A program made the translations under genes and the position numbers. This document shows, one piece after another, positions 60,114-64,000 of a stretch of 64,000 nucleotides of DNA. The notes beneath the pieces were generated by a model, which had not been told where the DNA came from, did not search any database, and worked only from the letters and a program-made list of their open reading frames with translations. Position 1 is the first letter of the stretch, and each line of letters starts with the position of its first letter. Source of the stretch: a virus; the IMG/VR virus record IMGVR_UViG_3300042691_023046, positions 1 to 64,000 of that record. One strand, 5' to 3'.

Positions 60114-60545
60114 ATGGAATTAGAAGTAAATATATTTAAAAAAGCTGATACTTATAGAGCAGGAAAATTATCTATTAATGGTAAATTTTTTTGTTATACT
60201 CTTGAAGATAAAGATAGAGGATTATTACAATCAATGTCTATTGAAGAAATAGCTAAAATAAAAGTACCTAAACAAACAGGAATACCTTTAGGAAAATATG
60301 AAGTAACAATTACTATTAGTAATAGGTTTAAAAAACCTATGATTCAATTAATGAATGTAAAAGGTTATGAAGGAGTTAGAATACATGCAGGAAATACATC
60401 AGCAGATGTGGAAGGTTGTCTTGCAGTAGCTTATGAAGATTCATCTGATGGATTTGCAAGTAATAGTAAAGCTTGTGCTGATAAATTATTTAAAGATATT
60501 GAATTAGCAATTAAAAAAGAAAAAATATGGATAACAATAAAATAA
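60114..60545 (+). CDS. DUF5675 family protein (putative L,D-peptidase-type lysin)
   Basis: GKL.ING.FFCYTLED, IP.G.Y.V, G.RIH.GN...D.EGC. Confidence 0.8.
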   Translation: MELEVNIFKKADTYRAGKLSINGKFFCYTLEDKDRGLLQSMSIEEIAKIKVPKQTGIPLGKYEVTITISNRFKKPMIQLMNVKGYEGVRIHAGNTSADVEGCLAVAYEDSSDGFASNSKACADKLFKDIELAIKKEKIWITIK

Positions 60546-60880
60546 CTAAAACATTATTTTTATTATTATTGTTATTTATAGTATTATTTAGTATAGTAAT
60601 TTATAAATATATTAATTTATCAAATACAAAAGATATACAATATGACAATTATGAAATAGAATTACAATTAAAACAAGATAGTTTTAATAATTTACAGAAA
60701 CATTCTGATAGTATAGAAATTTTATTTAATTCTAAACAAGCTACAATAATAAACAATACTTATATATATGAACAACAAAATAAAAAAATTGGTAGTGCTA
60801 ATGTTACTTTTACTGACAGTTTGTTTAAAGCAAACTTACAGTCAGATTATAAAAAGTATGGACACCTTATCACAAACTGA
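60527..60880 (+). CDS. Putative inner spanin-like protein
   Basis: N-terminal TM segment and coiled coil. Overlaps the next gene. Confidence 0.5.
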   Translation: MDNNKITKTLFLLLLLFIVLFSIVIYKYINLSNTKDIQYDNYEIELQLKQDSFNNLQKHSDSIEILFNSKQATIINNTYIYEQQNKKIGSANVTFTDSLFKANLQSDYKKYGHLITN

Positions 60881-61166
60881 TAAAAAATTAATTAATATTG
60901 TACATAATATAGTTGTACAACAAGATTCAACTATTAAAAATTTAGATACATTAATTGTTTTTCAAAAACTTATGTTAGTAGATAAAAACAAACAAATAAT
61001 AGTTTTAAAAGAAATTAATAAAATTAAAGATAAACAATTAGGACAAACTACTAATCAAATTATAAATTTATCTAAAGAAAATAAAAAATTAAAAGTATAT
61101 AAACAAATAGTATTTGTTGTAATACCTATAGTTATAATAGAAACTTTAATAATTATATTTAAATGA
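60768..61166 (+). CDS. Putative spanin-like membrane protein
   Basis: Signal peptide, coiled coil and C-terminal TM segment. Confidence 0.5.
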   Translation: MNNKIKKLVVLMLLLLTVCLKQTYSQIIKSMDTLSQTDKKLINIVHNIVVQQDSTIKNLDTLIVFQKLMLVDKNKQIIVLKEINKIKDKQLGQTTNQIINLSKENKKLKVYKQIVFVVIPIVIIETLIIIFK

Positions 61167-61792
61167 AATTTTCAACTTTTGTAGATATATTAGCTGTAGA
61201 ATTAAAAAAACCTTTTGATGCTGTTACTAAAGCTATAGTAACAGAATTAATTATCTCTAGTAGAGAACAATTAATTAGACAGCAGTATGAAAGAGATAAA
61301 TCATTACCTATTAATGCTATTGTATCTACATGTTTTACACTAGAATTAAAACCTAGTATGGATTGTTGTGAATTAGATTTAGGTTGTCAATTTTTAAGAA
61401 CAGTTGATAAAATACCATTACCAATAGATATTAAAGATAATACTTTATTTAACTATGTTGGTGGTATGACAGGAATGGTAGGTTTTACTTATTTAAAACC
61501 TGATGAAATAGGAAAAGTTAGATATAGGAAATTTAGTAGAAATAATATATTTTATACTTGGATAAATCAAAGAATAGTTATTATAAATAGTGTAACACTA
61601 GAAGAAGTTAAAGTAAGATATGCTCCTGCAAATCCTTTAGAATTAGCAGAAATATCTAATTGTAGTGGTAAACCTTGTTATAATTTAGAAGATGAATTAT
61701 TTATAGAAGGACATTGGGAAGATGCTATTACTAAAATGATATTACCTAAATTAATGAATGTACCAGAAGAACAAATAGTAGTAGATAAATAA
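61163..61792 (+). CDS. Tail ring protein
   Basis: R..LI.Q...D, C..L......CC....C..LRT..KIP.P pattern. Confidence 0.65.
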   Translation: MKFSTFVDILAVELKKPFDAVTKAIVTELIISSREQLIRQQYERDKSLPINAIVSTCFTLELKPSMDCCELDLGCQFLRTVDKIPLPIDIKDNTLFNYVGGMTGMVGFTYLKPDEIGKVRYRKFSRNNIFYTWINQRIVIINSVTLEEVKVRYAPANPLELAEISNCSGKPCYNLEDELFIEGHWEDAITKMILPKLMNVPEEQIVVDK

Positions 61793-62451
61793 TGAAAACA
61801 TACGGATTACCTCAATTATATATAGATTATATAAATACTCCACAACATACAAAATTAGTAGAAAATGTAAAAAGATTATCAGTTAATCCAAATAAACTAA
61901 TATCTGAACATAGAGTTAGAAAAGAAAAAATAGAAACAATAACAACTTTAAATCAAGATGTACACGCTGCTATTATAAAAAAATTTAATTTAGCTATTAG
62001 AGAAAAAATATTAAAAGGTTATTATTATAATTTTGGTAAATTAGGAGGTATTTGTATGGGTAGATTTGAAAGAACTCATACTAAAACAGCAGTAGATTGG
62101 AAAAAATCTAATGATTATAAAAAACAATTAATAGCAGAAGGTAAAGAACCTGCTAAAAAGATAAGTAAAGATGAAGATGGTAATCTTATAATGACTAATG
62201 ATAATTATTGGTTATTTTTTAGAACAGATGAATATTATGTAGCTTTAACTACAAAAAAATATTATTATCCTCCTAAAGAAAAAGGAGGAAAAGTTAATTA
62301 CTACAATTGTTTAGTAAAAAATAATTATTACTGGAAATATACAGTATTAAGATTATTTACAGCTAGAATGAATGAGTTATTAAACAATGGAATTATAAAT
62401 CCAAATTTTGTAAGAACATATAAGAAAAAACCAAAAGTTAATGGAAACTAA
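61792..62451 (+). CDS. HU/IHF-like protein (crAss-type)
   Basis: IIK.FN..I...IL.G..Y.F..LG.I...VDW..S. Confidence 0.55.
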   Translation: MKTYGLPQLYIDYINTPQHTKLVENVKRLSVNPNKLISEHRVRKEKIETITTLNQDVHAAIIKKFNLAIREKILKGYYYNFGKLGGICMGRFERTHTKTAVDWKKSNDYKKQLIAEGKEPAKKISKDEDGNLIMTNDNYWLFFRTDEYYVALTTKKYYYPPKEKGGKVNYYNCLVKNNYYWKYTVLRLFTARMNELLNNGIINPNFVRTYKKKPKVNGN

Positions 62452-63343
62452 AACAATCAGCAGTTACTATATATTACAAAGATTATCAGCTAATCATTCA
62501 TTTAATTTAAGTGCAGAAGAAGCAAACATGATTGATTGGATAGGGCAAGCTATGAGATTTATAGGTAAACATGTTGGTTTTACTACTAATATATGTAGTA
62601 ATGTTTATGTAGAAAATTATAAAGTGTGTTATCCTTCTGATTTAGAAGGACTTTTAGCAATTTTATATAATGGGGTTTTATTACCTTTAGGTTCAGATAT
62701 ATCAGGAATAGGTTTTAGTAGAGCTATACCACAAGAATCTATTAATATAGTGTCTAACAATGAATATATATTAGAATTAAATGGTTATAAACAACAACAA
62801 AAAGAATTAGTTAGTATGTATGCTTCTGCTCCATTACAATCTACAGCAGATTTAATAAATGAAGTATCAGCTAAAATAAATAGTATTGAAACTTATATAT
62901 CAGGTATAAATCAATCATTAGCTAAAAATGTAAATCAAACAGGACAATTTTATAATACTAAATTAAATTTTATAGAAACTTCATTTGAAACAGGTTATAT
63001 AGATATTATTTATGTGGGTTTTCCTATTGATAATAACGGTTATCCTTTAGTAATAGATAATGAATTTTATATACAAGCTATAGAATGGTATATTATTTTA
63101 ATGATGATACAAAAAGGATATAAACACCCTATTTTTGATTATAAATATGCTAAAGAAGAATTTTGGGGAAATCCTACACAAAGAACAGTAGGTTGGAGAG
63201 CAAAAGCTTCAAATAACGCAGCTTTTCCATCTATACAAGATAATGAAAGATTTGCTAGAATGTGGACACAATTTAAATTTAGACGTGAGTTACCACTACA
63301 ATTATTTAATAGAACAGAACAACCTTATGGAACAATATATTAA
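62441..63343 (+). CDS. Tail ring/tubular protein
   Basis: IDWIG.A..FIG, I.TSF.TG...I.Y...P.D..GYP...DN.....A..WY. Confidence 0.7.
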   Translation: METKTISSYYILQRLSANHSFNLSAEEANMIDWIGQAMRFIGKHVGFTTNICSNVYVENYKVCYPSDLEGLLAILYNGVLLPLGSDISGIGFSRAIPQESINIVSNNEYILELNGYKQQQKELVSMYASAPLQSTADLINEVSAKINSIETYISGINQSLAKNVNQTGQFYNTKLNFIETSFETGYIDIIYVGFPIDNNGYPLVIDNEFYIQAIEWYIILMMIQKGYKHPIFDYKYAKEEFWGNPTQRTVGWRAKASNNAAFPSIQDNERFARMWTQFKFRRELPLQLFNRTEQPYGTIY

Positions 63344-64000
63344 TGAAACACATTGGATTAGAAAGAGATTTAAGTAATGAAGATATACCAGTTAATCATA
63401 GTATTGATGCTAAAAATGGTGTAAACTCTAAAATAAAAGGAGCTTCTATTAATGAAGGAGGTTTTAAAATTTATCAAAAAGCAGGAACAGCACAATCGTA
63501 TAAATATAATTTACCTGTTACATTAAGTTCTGTAGTATATAAAAGAAAACCTATAGGAGAAATACTTATAGATGATGATACTTTTGTTATATTCAGTTTA
63601 GGTTATACATCTACTGTAAGTAGTACTGGTTTATTTAGTTTTAGTGAAATAGGGTTATTACAAAAAAATGGTAATTATATAGCTTTAATAAATGATTATA
63701 GTAATACTGAAAAATTTAGTTTTAATCCTAGTTTTCCTTATACAGGAGAATTTACAAGAAATTATTTAAATGAAATATTAATAGTAGCTACAGATAATAA
63801 TTTTACTCCTTTATATATTAATATAACTAAATTATTAAATAATGCTATTTTAACAGGTTCACCTTTAATATCATTTGTGTTAAATGATTATATAATGTTT
63901 CCTACTGTAAATATTATAAATACAAGTATAAAAATTAATGATACAGGAGGAACATTAGAAAACGGTGTTTATTATTTAAGTTATATTTATGAAAATGAAG
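63343..64000 (+). CDS. Tail muzzle/stabilisation protein, 3'-truncated
   Basis: MKHIGLERDLS...DAKN...INEGG...SEIG; reads as an open frame towards the window end. Confidence 0.65.
   Translation, partial: MKHIGLERDLSNEDIPVNHSIDAKNGVNSKIKGASINEGGFKIYQKAGTAQSYKYNLPVTLSSVVYKRKPIGEILIDDDTFVIFSLGYTSTVSSTGLFSFSEIGLLQKNGNYIALINDYSNTEKFSFNPSFPYTGEFTRNYLNEILIVATDNNFTPLYINITKLLNNAILTGSPLISFVLNDYIMFPTVNIINTSIKINDTGGTLENGVYYLSYIYENE

Noticed and set aside
1-64000. Stop-codon reassignment, as seen in some crAss-like phages
   Set aside because: Long genes are intact under the standard code, TAG ends MCP at the expected length, and no credible suppressor tRNA is present.

Overview
Very AT-rich phage DNA with Crassvirales-like (crAss-like) gene content and order. 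The host is probably Bacteroidota: there are TTG-N19-20-TAnnTTTG promoters and A-rich starts without an SD motif. The window has three blocks. (1) 1-4299 (+) is the 3' part of a giant virion/cargo protein, ending at a bidirectional terminator. (2) About 4.3-39.2 kb (-) is a replication, nucleotide-metabolism and early block: SplB-like radical SAM, dNMP kinase, ThyX, UNG-like, PolB, Gp157, RusA, primase, AAA_24 ATPase, DnaB, Rieske, SF2 helicase, 3D, amidoligase, rIIA and many small ORFs. (3) About 39.6-64 kb (+) is the late block: RepL-like, GroES-like, terminase, portal, MCP, auxiliary capsid, ring/hub/fibre proteins, lysis genes and a partial muzzle gene. The standard genetic code fits. The most unusual features are: an AAA_24 ATPase with Walker B placed before Walker A (a B-A-C segment swap); about 2.2 kb of ORF-free, back-to-back structured RNA modules that include degenerate tRNA-like elements; a mini tRNA-like element on the MCP stop codon; a PolB with degenerate proofreading motifs next to a UNG lacking its catalytic motif; and an SplB with CX11CX2C spacing. 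All family calls come from motif recognition by eye, with no database searches. Several single-base frameshifts in A-runs suggest some sequencing error.
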